Below are positions 1 through 7,546 of a stretch of DNA of 51,349 nt, one piece after another. The DNA comes from Burkholderiaceae bacterium (GTDB lineage: Bacteria; Pseudomonadota; Gammaproteobacteria; Burkholderiales; Burkholderiaceae_C). Under the pieces are notes generated by a model that saw only the letters and a program-made list of their open reading frames with translations, made no database searches and was not told the DNA's origin. The position numbers and the translations under genes are program-made. The stretch's first letter is position 1; each line of letters begins with the position of its first letter. The stretch spans positions 1-51,349 of the forward strand of contig DASVLN010000277.1 of the NCBI GenBank assembly GCA_036384855.1, in the 5' to 3' direction.

Positions 1-426
1 CGCGCGCTTGTGGACACGCGCGATCGCCGTCACTTGCGGCTGCGCCGGTCCGAGCTCGCCGACGCTGTTGAGGAACGCGCAGCCGCGGTAGTCGGGCGAG
101 GCGAACCATTCGCGCATCGACGGCACGATCGCGCGCAGGCCGCCGCCGTGGCGCGAGAGCGCGTCCGCGAACCAGGCCATCCAGCGCGCGTGGCGCGCGT
201 CGAGGAAGGCGCGCACGAGCGCGTCCTTGCTCTCGAACTGGCGGTAGAACGTGAGCTTGGCGACCCCCGATTCCGCGATGACGCGATCGATGCCCGTCGC
301 GCGGATGCCCTCGCGGTAGAACAGCTCGTGCGCCGTGCGCAGGATGCGCTCGCGCGGCGCGAGCTCGGCCAGCGGCACGTCCGCGGACGGCGGTGACAGC
401 AGCGAGGGAGTCGTCGTCAGGGGCAT
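1..426 (-). CDS. TetR/AcrR family transcriptional regulator (3' end outside the window)
   Basis: Manual translation from ATG 426: MPLTTTPSLL...RERILRTAHELFYREGIRATGIDRVIAESGVAKLTFYRQFESKDAL, a typical TetR HTH; frame open to base 1. Confidence 0.9.
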   Translation of the reverse strand, partial: MPLTTTPSLLSPPSADVPLAELAPRERILRTAHELFYREGIRATGIDRVIAESGVAKLTFYRQFESKDALVRAFLDARHARWMAWFADALSRHGGGLRAIVPSMREWFASPDYRGCAFLNSVGELGPAQPQVTAIARVHKRA

Positions 427-436
427 GCGTCCGATT

Positions 437-499
437 GTAGACAAGCTCGTCTACCTGCGGCTAGACTGCGGCGGACGCCAGGTAGACAAGTACGTCTAC
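437..499. promoter_or_regulatory. Two palindromic TetR operators in the divergent promoter
   Basis: GTAGACAAGCTCGTCTAC (437-454) and GTAGACAAGTACGTCTAC (482-499), both GTAGAC-N6-GTCTAC, between tetR and the DUF1348 gene. Confidence 0.8.
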
Positions 500-533
500 A
501 TTCAAGTTCACGCTCCACTCCCCACAGGCCGCC

Positions 534-1001
534 ATGGACACCAAGCCTCCGCTTCCGCCCTTCACCCTCGAGACCGCCGCGCAGAAGGTCCGCCTGGCCG
601 AGGACGCCTGGAACTCGCGCGACCCCGACCGCGTCGTTCAGGTCTACGCGGAGGACACGCGCTGGCGCAACCGCGCCGAGTTCCCGGTCGGCCGCGCGCA
701 GGTGCGCGAATTCCTGGTGCGCAAGTGGTCGAGGGAGCTCGACTACCGGCTGGTCAAGGAGCTGTGGGCGCACGACGGCGCGCGCATCGCGGTGCGCTTC
801 GCCTACGAGTGGCACGACGACTCGGGCCACTGGTACCGCTCGCACGGCAACGAGAACTGGGAGTTCGACGCCCGCGGCCTGATGACGCGCCGCCATGCGA
901 GCATCAACGACCAGCCGATCCGCGAGGACGAGCGGAAATTCCGCTGGCCGCTCGGCCGTCGGCCGGACGACCATCCGGGGCTGAGCGACCTGGGCCTGTA
1001 G
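534..1001 (+). CDS. DUF1348 / SnoaL-like (NTF2-fold) protein
   Basis: [49 protein letters not shown] family motifs. Confidence 0.9.
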   Translation: MDTKPPLPPFTLETAAQKVRLAEDAWNSRDPDRVVQVYAEDTRWRNRAEFPVGRAQVREFLVRKWSRELDYRLVKELWAHDGARIAVRFAYEWHDDSGHWYRSHGNENWEFDARGLMTRRHASINDQPIREDERKFRWPLGRRPDDHPGLSDLGL

Positions 1002-1011
1002 GCTCAGGGCT

Positions 1012-1812
1012 TCAGCCGGCCAGGCGCGCGATCACCTCGGTCGCGGCCCTGGGTGCGCGCTCCTTGGCGCCGTTGATCATGAACATGAACACGTCGCGCG
1101 AGACGGCCGGCGCCGGCGCGCCGTCGCCCCCGACCAGCGGCAGGCCCTGCGGCTGCCCGCCCGCGGCCCAGGTGCGGGCGCAGTCGGCGAAGGCGTCCAG
1201 CACCTGCGGCGGGTAGCCCGTGACGACCTCCGCGCGCGACTGCATGAGCCGCAGGTAGACGAAGTCCGTCGTCAGGTTGGCGAACGAGGGGTAGTCGGGC
1301 GAGTCGGTGAAGACGACGCCCATGCCGTGGGCGCGGGCGAGCGCGAGGAACTCGGGCACCATGAAGCTGTCGTGGCGCACGTCCAGCACGTGGCGAAGAC
1401 GCAGGCCCTCGACGTCGGCGGGCAGCAGCTTGAGGAAGGCCTCGAAGTCGGCGGGATCGAAGCGCTTGGTCGGCGCGAACTGCCACAGCACCGGCCCGAG
1501 CTTGTGGCGCAGGCGCGCGAGCCCGCTGTCGATGAAGCGCTGCACCGATTCGCCCGCCTCGGCCAGAACGCGGCGGTTGGTCGCGAAGCGGTTGGCCTTC
1601 AGCGAGAAGACGAAGTCGTCGGGCGTCTCGTCGAACCAGCGCTCGAAGGCGGCCGGCTTCATCGTGCTGTAGTAGGTGCCGTTGACCTCGATGGCCGTCA
1701 CCTGCCGGCTCGCGTGCCAGAGCTCGCGCGACGCGGGCAGCTTGTCCGGGTAGAAGGTCTCGCGCCAGGGTTCGTACGTCCAGCCGCCGATGCCGACTCG
1801 GATTTGGCTCAT
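1012..1812 (-). CDS. DUF72 (YecE-like) protein
   Basis: IRVGIGGWTYEPW, IEVNGTYY, FVFSLKA, KLGPVLWQF, FVYLRL motifs. Confidence 0.9.
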   Translation of the reverse strand: MSQIRVGIGGWTYEPWRETFYPDKLPASRELWHASRQVTAIEVNGTYYSTMKPAAFERWFDETPDDFVFSLKANRFATNRRVLAEAGESVQRFIDSGLARLRHKLGPVLWQFAPTKRFDPADFEAFLKLLPADVEGLRLRHVLDVRHDSFMVPEFLALARAHGMGVVFTDSPDYPSFANLTTDFVYLRLMQSRAEVVTGYPPQVLDAFADCARTWAAGGQPQGLPLVGGDGAPAPAVSRDVFMFMINGAKERAPRAATEVIARLAG

Positions 1813-1849
1813 CGGGTCTCCTTCGCTCGCAGGTCGGGGAAGCGCGATG

Positions 1850-2422
1850 CTACGCCGGATCCCGCGCCGCCGCGGCCAGCAGGAAGCGCGTGCAGGTGCC
1901 GTGCTCGCCCGGCAGCACGCCGTTGCGGCGCATGCCCAGCTTCTCCAGCACGTGGATCGACGCGTGGTTCTCGGGCAGCGCGATCGCGTGGATGTCGCCC
2001 AACCCGACGCGTCCGCGCGCGTCGGCGAGCGCCGCGCGGGCGAGCTCGGTGGCGTATCCCCGGCCCCAGGCGCCGGGCGCGAGGCGGTACCAGAGGTTGG
2101 GGAGCTCGTCGCCCTCGAAGTCGCGCCGCGTCACGCCGCCGAAGCCCACGACGCGGCCGGGCGCCGCCAGCGTCTCGATCGCCCAGGCGCCGTGGTTGAA
2201 GCGGCGCCAGTGCCGCCGCCAGCCCGACAGCAGCTCGCGTGCCTCGTCCTCGTCCTCGAGCGGCCGCAGCGGGCTCAGGGCGCTCGTGCGCGGGTCGGCG
2301 TAGATCTCGACGACGACGTCGAGGTCCGCATCCTCGGGCAGGCGCAGCAGGAGGCGGTCGGTGCGCATCGGCGCAGGCTGGGCGCCGCGGCCCGCCCCGC
2401 CGGCCCAGGGGCGATCGATCAT
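1850..2422 (-). CDS. GNAT N-acetyltransferase (RimJ/RimL type)
   Basis: RTDRLLLR..., WGRGYATELARA, ENHASIHVLEKLGM; start uncertain. Confidence 0.85.
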   Translation of the reverse strand: MIDRPWAGGAGRGAQPAPMRTDRLLLRLPEDADLDVVVEIYADPRTSALSPLRPLEDEDEARELLSGWRRHWRRFNHGAWAIETLAAPGRVVGFGGVTRRDFEGDELPNLWYRLAPGAWGRGYATELARAALADARGRVGLGDIHAIALPENHASIHVLEKLGMRRNGVLPGEHGTCTRFLLAAAARDPA

Positions 2423-2622
2423 GGTCCGGCGTCCTTGACGGTCGAGTCCGGCATGGGCCGATTGTCGCCGACCAGGCACGCTCCGGGCGCGCGGCTCGAC
2501 CGTGTCCCGAGTCCGCGCCGAAGGCCCGAACTGGCGGCGAGATCGGGCGCATCTCCCGTGATCGCCGCCGCGCGCGCGGCCCGAGACTGCGTCGTCGTCC
2601 TCCTTCACGGGTACCTCGCCGC

Positions 2623-2877
2623 ATGAATCGCCGCTACGCCTACCGCGACTACCAGATCCTCGTCACGGCCCAGCCGGCGGGCGACCGGCCCGGTTGGCGT
2701 CCCGAGATCTGCGTCATCGCGCCGGACGACCGCTGGGAATTCGTGCCCACGCACGGCTCGCTGGTCGCCAACGACGCGCAGTATTGCCTGGAGATCGGCC
2801 GCCGCTGCGGCGAGAGCGCGATCCAGGATCGCCACATCGACGAGCTCGTCGCCCGCTACGACGGCTTCTGGCACTGA
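2623..2877 (+). CDS. Hypothetical protein (84 aa)
   Basis: MNRRYAYRDYQILVTAQP...; host-like codon usage. Confidence 0.6.
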   Translation: MNRRYAYRDYQILVTAQPAGDRPGWRPEICVIAPDDRWEFVPTHGSLVANDAQYCLEIGRRCGESAIQDRHIDELVARYDGFWH

Positions 2878-2962
2878 ACGGGACGCCCCGGGCGCAAAAA
2901 ATGCGCCGGCGGAACGCCGGGGCCTCTTGAAGGCACGCGCCATGCCGTAAGATAGGTCTCCT

Positions 2963-3335
2963 GGGGCCGACCTGGTTTCGACGAGGGTACGGATCCGGCG
3001 CAGGGCATGCCGAGCACCAGTTCGCTCGTAAATCCACTGGAAACAAACTAACTGCGAACGATTCTTCGTACGCTCTCGCGGCTTAACACCCGTGAGCCTC
3101 TCAACGGTTGGCCGATGGGCCGGGTTCGAGATCGCAAGATCCTGAGCTGAGAGGTCATTCACATTGGCTGGCTATCCGTCGGGCCGCTCGACGGGTAGCG
3201 AGACCTAGCGGCTGGCGTCACCGGTAGCGTGCTCCTGCGCGACCGGCGGCGCGAGACTCAAACCAGAGAGCTACGCATGTAGAACTGTCCGGTGATGGCT
3301 TTCGGACGGGGGTTCAATTCCCCCCGGCTCCACCA
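2963..3335 (+). ncRNA. ssrA: tmRNA
   Basis: 5' GGGGCCGACCTGGTTTCGAC; 3' T-arm GGGGGTTCAATTCCCCC followed by CGGCTCCACCA; tag frame 3054-3086 encodes ANDSSYALAA*. Confidence 0.97.
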
Positions 3336-3343
3336 CCAACGCC

Positions 3344-3387
3344 AGCGGCCGCCAATGAGAACACCTCGTGGCGGCCGCTTCCTTTTT
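3344..3387 (+). terminator. Intrinsic terminator after ssrA
   Basis: AGCGGCCGCCA...TGGCGGCCGCT stem followed by TCCTTTTT. Confidence 0.8.
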
Positions 3388-3414
3388 GGCGTTTACCCCC
3401 TTTTGCTGGCGTTC

Positions 3415-3448
3415 GATTCGCACGTGATTCGCACGTGAATTCGCACGC
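3415..3448. repeat. Three tandem GA(A)TTCGCACG repeats, putative integrase arm-type sites
   Basis: GATTCGCACGT GATTCGCACGT GAATTCGCACGC about 80 bp from the tmRNA 3' end. Confidence 0.6.
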
Positions 3449-3464
3449 GGCCAGAAGTGGTCTG

Positions 3465-3480
3465 CTGTATGCTCATACAG
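3465..3480. promoter_or_regulatory. LexA (SOS) box
   Basis: CTGTATGCTCATACAG = CTGT-N8-ACAG, near-perfect palindrome, overlapping the GTG at 3480. Confidence 0.8.
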
Positions 3481-3863
3481 TGTTCGTCGAAGCCGTCATC
3501 CTCCGCCGCTACCTCGAGCCCGGCGGGGAACCCATCCCCGAGGCCGAGCGCGCGCCGCCGCGCCGGTTCATCCTGAGCTGGGAGTCCGAGGGGGAGCTCA
3601 AGCGCGCGAGCTTGATGTCGTTCTGGGACACGCCGGGTGATCTGGTGAAGCCGCTGTTTCCGGCCGACATCCGGTGGATCCGCGGCGACCGCATGCTCAT
3701 CGTGGGCGAGGAGTTCGTGCGGCCCGGCCACATGAGCAACCCCGACGCTCGCGCGCCGCGGACGTTCCGCCAGGCGTGGGGCATCCGGATCCTGGGCCCA
3801 CGGCCGCCTCGCAATGCCGAGGCGCCGCGCCCGTTGCCTGCCGGCGAGAACGCTTCGGTCTAG
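3480..3863 (+). CDS. Hypothetical protein, probably SOS-regulated
   Basis: GTG start (V/M)FVEAVILRRYLEPGGEPIPEAE...; start overlaps the SOS box. Confidence 0.65.
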   Translation: MFVEAVILRRYLEPGGEPIPEAERAPPRRFILSWESEGELKRASLMSFWDTPGDLVKPLFPADIRWIRGDRMLIVGEEFVRPGHMSNPDARAPRTFRQAWGIRILGPRPPRNAEAPRPLPAGENASV

Positions 3864-3873
3864 GTTGCGATGC

Positions 3874-4443
3874 TCAGAGCGCTGAGCTGGTCGGTGACGC
3901 GGCTGGCTGGGCGCTACTTCGATCGTTGCCGAAGCCAGAGATTTTCAGATCGCCCGCGAGGATGTCGCCAACGACCGCGCCGAGCATCGACCCTTCGACT
4001 GCCTCCATGACCTCGGTCTGACCTGTCCGTCCCATGAAGTTGAACGGGGTTGCGTTCACGAAGTGACAGGGCGACGTGCACTCGAACTCGATTTGGTTTT
4101 CAGGGCCGCCCTCGAAAGCGACCCAGGTGTGCCGATCGCCCTTCAGTCCAAGGTATCGAACGGTCAGGAGAGGTTTCGTCGAGATCCCGTTCTGTCGATC
4201 CTGTTCGCTCAAGGCCGGGCGGTAACCATAGATCCCGTCGCTTTCATAGACGTATGCGTGGTGACGGGGCGGCGGTGCGGCTGGAGCCCGGACTTCGGCC
4301 ACGTCAACCGGCGTTGATCGCTCGCGAGGGATCCGGTCGTCCATCGCGACGAATGCGCCGGCGGCGACGATGCCCACGGCGCCGAGCGCAATCAGACCAT
4401 AGATCGCTTCTCGAATCTTTCGCCACCGATCCGACTTGTCCAT
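3874..4443 (-). CDS. Hypothetical membrane-anchored protein (moron-like)
   Basis: ATG 4443 with GGAGG RBS; N-terminal TM IYGLIALGAVGIVAAGAFVAM; Cys pair CTSPC; lower GC. Confidence 0.7.
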   Translation of the reverse strand: MDKSDRWRKIREAIYGLIALGAVGIVAAGAFVAMDDRIPRERSTPVDVAEVRAPAAPPPRHHAYVYESDGIYGYRPALSEQDRQNGISTKPLLTVRYLGLKGDRHTWVAFEGGPENQIEFECTSPCHFVNATPFNFMGRTGQTEVMEAVEGSMLGAVVGDILAGDLKISGFGNDRSSAQPAASPTSSAL

Positions 4444-4577
4444 CGACTGACCTCCCGCTCTGTGACGGGAATGGTAGCAAACCGTTGAGCAGCACGCGAA
4501 GCGGCCGGTTGGCTCGGCTCTCGCGAGGCTGCCGGTTCTCGGCGACGCCGCCACTTCGACCAATGAGATGAATTCGC

Positions 4578-4607
4578 TTGACGCGGCTGAGTTTGATCTG
4601 TTTTAAT
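4578..4607 (+). promoter_or_regulatory. Putative sigma70 promoter of the accessory operon
   Basis: TTGACG-N18-TTTAAT with extended TG; followed by the CGGTACT repeat (4613-4627). Confidence 0.55.
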
Positions 4608-4648
4608 ACCGCCGGTACTTCGGTACTAATCCCGCGAGAGGAGATCGA

Positions 4649-4822
4649 ATGCACAACATCGTAGCCCGCGAACGGGTCGTCCAGGCCTTCACCGAAGCGC
4701 TGGACGCCAACCCCACGCACCACACCATCGACATCGCCCAGGACGTGGCTGACCGCCTGGGCATCCCCGTCGAATCCGTCTTCGAGTGCGTCGACGCGGC
4801 TCCCGAGCCGGCCGCCGCCTGA
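4649..4822 (+). CDS. Small hypothetical protein (57 aa), possible HTH
   Basis: Not in the ORF track; GAGGAG RBS; MHNIVARERVVQAFTEALDANPTHHTIDIAQDVADRLGIPVESVFECVDAAPEPAAA. Confidence 0.6.
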   Translation: MHNIVARERVVQAFTEALDANPTHHTIDIAQDVADRLGIPVESVFECVDAAPEPAAA

Positions 4823-5081
4823 TCGTTTCGGCCAGCGCGGCGGCGCGCCTCCTCCTCCCTCCTTCCCTTGTTTGCCGCCGCCGGCGCCTTCGGGCGCCAG
4901 CCACCTTCTCACCTGAACGCCGTTGCGGCGCGTGGAGCTTGCGATTGGGCCGGCTTTGAAGCGCGTCGACCGAGGATCACCCGGCCTGCCTCCCGGGCCC
5001 TCGGTGCAGTTGAGGCCGCGGCCGCAATTCGCGGCGCCGGAAGCACGTAACCGGCACCTACGCACCAACCAGGAACCTTCC

Positions 5082-5441
5082 ATGACCAACACGACCCCTG
5101 TGACCGACGGCGAACTGCCGAACCGCGGGCCGCGCGTGAAGCCGGCAGACGTCGAGGCGGAGATCGCCAGCGAGCACTACTTCGTCGCCGGCGATGGCGT
5201 CTACGGCGCCGCGCACAAGGCCGGCGACCACTCCGTGCAGGCGTTCCCGCCGTCGCTCGACCTGCTGACGTTCTGCGTGCTCACGCTGCGCAACGGCTTC
5301 ACGGTCACCGGCGAGTCGGCGTGCGCCGCGCCGGAGAACTTCGACGCCGAGATCGGCAAGCGCATCGCGCGCCAGGCCGCGGTGGCGAAGGTCTGGCCGC
5401 TGCTCGGCTTTCGCCTGCGCGACGCGATCGCGACCGCCTGA
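5082..5441 (+). CDS. Phage Gp49/Sf6 gp66 family protein
   Basis: PRV...VEAEIASEHYF...LLTFCVLTLRNGFTVTGESACAAPENFDAEIGKRIAR..AVAKVWPLLGFRL signature. Confidence 0.85.
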   Translation: MTNTTPVTDGELPNRGPRVKPADVEAEIASEHYFVAGDGVYGAAHKAGDHSVQAFPPSLDLLTFCVLTLRNGFTVTGESACAAPENFDAEIGKRIARQAAVAKVWPLLGFRLRDAIATA

Positions 5442-5457
5442 CCGGACACCCTGTGGA

Positions 5458-5565
5458 GGGTCGTGATCGGCTGCAAGGCCGACAGAGGGGTGCAAGTCCC
5501 TGATGCACGCGGAAACCCCGCCTCTGCGAGGCCGAAGGCCCGGCCGGGTGGAACGCCCGGCACCC
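5458..5565 (+). ncRNA. Putative tRNA-like structured RNA
   Basis: Closing GGGT/ACCC; arms TCGGC-TGCAAG-GCCGA, CAGAGG...CCTCTG, GGCC-GAA-GGCC, GCCGGG-TGGAACG-CCCGGC (T-loop-like); folded by eye. Confidence 0.4.
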
Positions 5566-5598
5566 ATCACCAACCGCTCAACGAAAGGAGCACTCTCG

Positions 5599-5793
5599 AT
5601 GACCACCACCACGAACGCGCCCACCGCCTGGAAGAAGGGCGACCGCGTCACCGTCAAGACCTCGCGCGGCGCGCCGGCGACCGGCAAGGTGCTCGCGCGC
5701 GCGGCCGAGGGCCTGAAGGGCCTGTGGGTCGCCGTGAAGCTGGATGACGGCCGCGAGATCAAGGCGCGCCCGGGCTCGCTCACCGCCGCCTGA
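5599..5793 (+). CDS. Small SH3/KOW-like hypothetical protein
   Basis: AAGGAG RBS; WKKGDRVTVK...GKV...WVAVKLDDG beta-barrel pattern. Confidence 0.7.
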   Translation: MTTTTNAPTAWKKGDRVTVKTSRGAPATGKVLARAAEGLKGLWVAVKLDDGREIKARPGSLTAA

Positions 5794-5849
5794 TCGTGAC
5801 CGCCGCGGCCCGCCCGCGGCGCCCTTCCCTCCCCCACGGACCGAACGCC

Positions 5850-6245
5850 ATGACCGAGACCAAGCACCTCGACCCCGTCATCGCCGCGGCGTATCGCCGC
5901 TTCCTCGAGATCTACCAGGTCGACATGACCGACCCGCACGTCCAGCCGACGGCGAGCCTCTCGCGCGGGTTCTTCGCGCACGGCTACGCCGAGGCGCACC
6001 GTGCCGCCATCGCGCAGCAGCAGGAGGACGCCTGGCGCCCGATGCTGGTCGAGCCGATGCCGGGCCGCTGGTGCATCAGCCGCTGGAACCCCTCGGGCTG
6101 GCGCGAGTCGTGGGATGCCGGCACCGGCCGGTGGGGCCCGTTCTCCGTCGAGCTCGTGTCGCGCGAGCAGGCGCTCGAGCAGATGCGGCGCCTGGGCTCC
6201 GCGCCGGCCGTCGTCGACGTGCGCGATCCGGTCGTCCCGGCCTGA
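5850..6245 (+). CDS. Phage hypothetical protein
   Basis: MTETKHLDPVIAAAYRRF...; operon packing and codon usage. Confidence 0.6.
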   Translation: MTETKHLDPVIAAAYRRFLEIYQVDMTDPHVQPTASLSRGFFAHGYAEAHRAAIAQQQEDAWRPMLVEPMPGRWCISRWNPSGWRESWDAGTGRWGPFSVELVSREQALEQMRRLGSAPAVVDVRDPVVPA

Positions 6246-6249
6246 CGCC

Positions 6250-6630
6250 ATGGCGATCCCCGACCTGCCGCCACCGATGTCCGACGGACGCTTTCGCTTC
6301 CTGCTACGCCAAGGCACGCGCGAGGAGTTCGGCCGCGTGGTCGAAGCCGTTGCGCGCGCGCCGCTCGTCGCTCTCGTCGCGACGCTGCGCGCTGAGCTGC
6401 GCCGCAACGCGCTGATGGGCCTGGCCAGCAGCGGCGAGGCGATCGAGGCGGCCGGCGAGGTCGAACGCTTGCGCGATGCCCTGGGCGAGATCCGTCCGAT
6501 CGCCGACGCCATCGCCAAGGGCCGCTACGGCATCGCCGACGCCGCGGCCACCGGCATCCGAAACATCGTCGACCGGGCGCTCGCGCCGGCCGAGTCGGCA
6601 CCCATCCCCGAAGGAACCTCTCGTGTCTGA
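6250..6630 (+). CDS. Phage hypothetical protein
   Basis: MAIPDLPPPMSDGRFRF...; starts 4 nt after the previous stop. Confidence 0.6.
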   Translation: MAIPDLPPPMSDGRFRFLLRQGTREEFGRVVEAVARAPLVALVATLRAELRRNALMGLASSGEAIEAAGEVERLRDALGEIRPIADAIAKGRYGIADAAATGIRNIVDRALAPAESAPIPEGTSRV

Positions 6631-6811
6631 ACCCACCACCTCCCGCAAGCCCCGCGGCTTCGCCGCCCTGTCGCCCGAGCGTCGCCGCGAGATCGCATCA
6701 ATGGGCGGCCGCACGGCTCACGCCGCCGGCACCGCCCACCAGTTCACGTCGGACGAGGCGCGCGCCGCGGTCGCGAAGCGCCACCGCAAGCCGAGCGCGG
6801 CGAATGTCTGA
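6623..6811 (+). CDS. KGG-domain (general stress/Con-10-like) protein
   Basis: RGFAALSPERRREIASMGGRTAHAAGTAHQFTSDEARAA; GTG start with AAGGA RBS. Confidence 0.85.
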   Translation: MSEPTTSRKPRGFAALSPERRREIASMGGRTAHAAGTAHQFTSDEARAAVAKRHRKPSAANV

Positions 6812-7163
6812 CCAGCGCGCACTCGTCGAGGACGCCGCGCGCGCGGCAGGCCTTCAGCCGGCCCACTGGTCGGACGACGGCCGCTTCCTGCTGCTGGTCG
6901 GTGTGCAGTACCCGTGGAATCCGGTCATCGACAACGGCGACTGTGCGGCCCTGGAAGCCGCCTGCTCGATCGACGTCAACTGGTACGACGAGCGCGTGAT
7001 CGCCAGCATCGGCCTCGACATCGTCGACGGCATCGACGCCGACGAGTTCTACGTCACGCACGCCGACGACAGGCAGGCTGCCCGCCGCCTCGCGTCGACG
7101 CGCGCCGCTGCGGCCGCCTGGCGCGACGCGGCATCCACCGTCCGAGAAGGCAGCTCTTCATGA
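6804..7163 (+). CDS. Phage hypothetical protein
   Basis: Overlapping start; WNPVIDNGD motif seen in phage early-region proteins. Confidence 0.65.
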   Translation: MSDQRALVEDAARAAGLQPAHWSDDGRFLLLVGVQYPWNPVIDNGDCAALEAACSIDVNWYDERVIASIGLDIVDGIDADEFYVTHADDRQAARRLASTRAAAAAWRDAASTVREGSSS

Positions 7164-7546
7164 CCAAGCAAGAAGTCCCGCAGCTCGTGCCCGTGGGCAC
7201 CGTGAAAGTCCGCCACGTCCGCGGCCCCGAGCGCAGGTACACCATCACGAACGGCGCGCTCGACAACCTGGCCACGGGCACCTACCACCTGTTCGCGTCG
7301 ACAGGCGCCGTGGCCGCCGATGCGCGCGAGCTGACCGTCTACCTCGACGAAGAGATGTCCGCGCTGCTGCGCCAGACGATCGGTGACGACGGAGACGCGC
7401 ACGCGATCAAGCTGCACATCGGCGACGGCCACAGCGGATGGGGACTCTACGTGTCGCTGGCCGACTACCCCGAGGAAGGCGCTATCCAGCTCGCGGCGAT
7501 ACGGAGCCCCGACGCGGCCGGCGAGCCGCAGGGAGAGCCCAAGTGA
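7160..7546 (+). CDS. Phage hypothetical protein
   Basis: ATGA coupling; C-terminal IGDGHSGWGLYV..DYPEEGAIQL module. Confidence 0.6.
   Translation: MTKQEVPQLVPVGTVKVRHVRGPERRYTITNGALDNLATGTYHLFASTGAVAADARELTVYLDEEMSALLRQTIGDDGDAHAIKLHIGDGHSGWGLYVSLADYPEEGAIQLAAIRSPDAAGEPQGEPK

Noticed and set aside
2605-3162. ORFs overlapping the tmRNA
   Set aside because: The region is explained by ssrA; the translations have no recognisable features
5500-5516. CTGATG...GAAAC resembling a hammerhead ribozyme core
   Set aside because: Reads CTGATGC rather than CUGANGA, and I could not build stems I and III with a cleavage triplet
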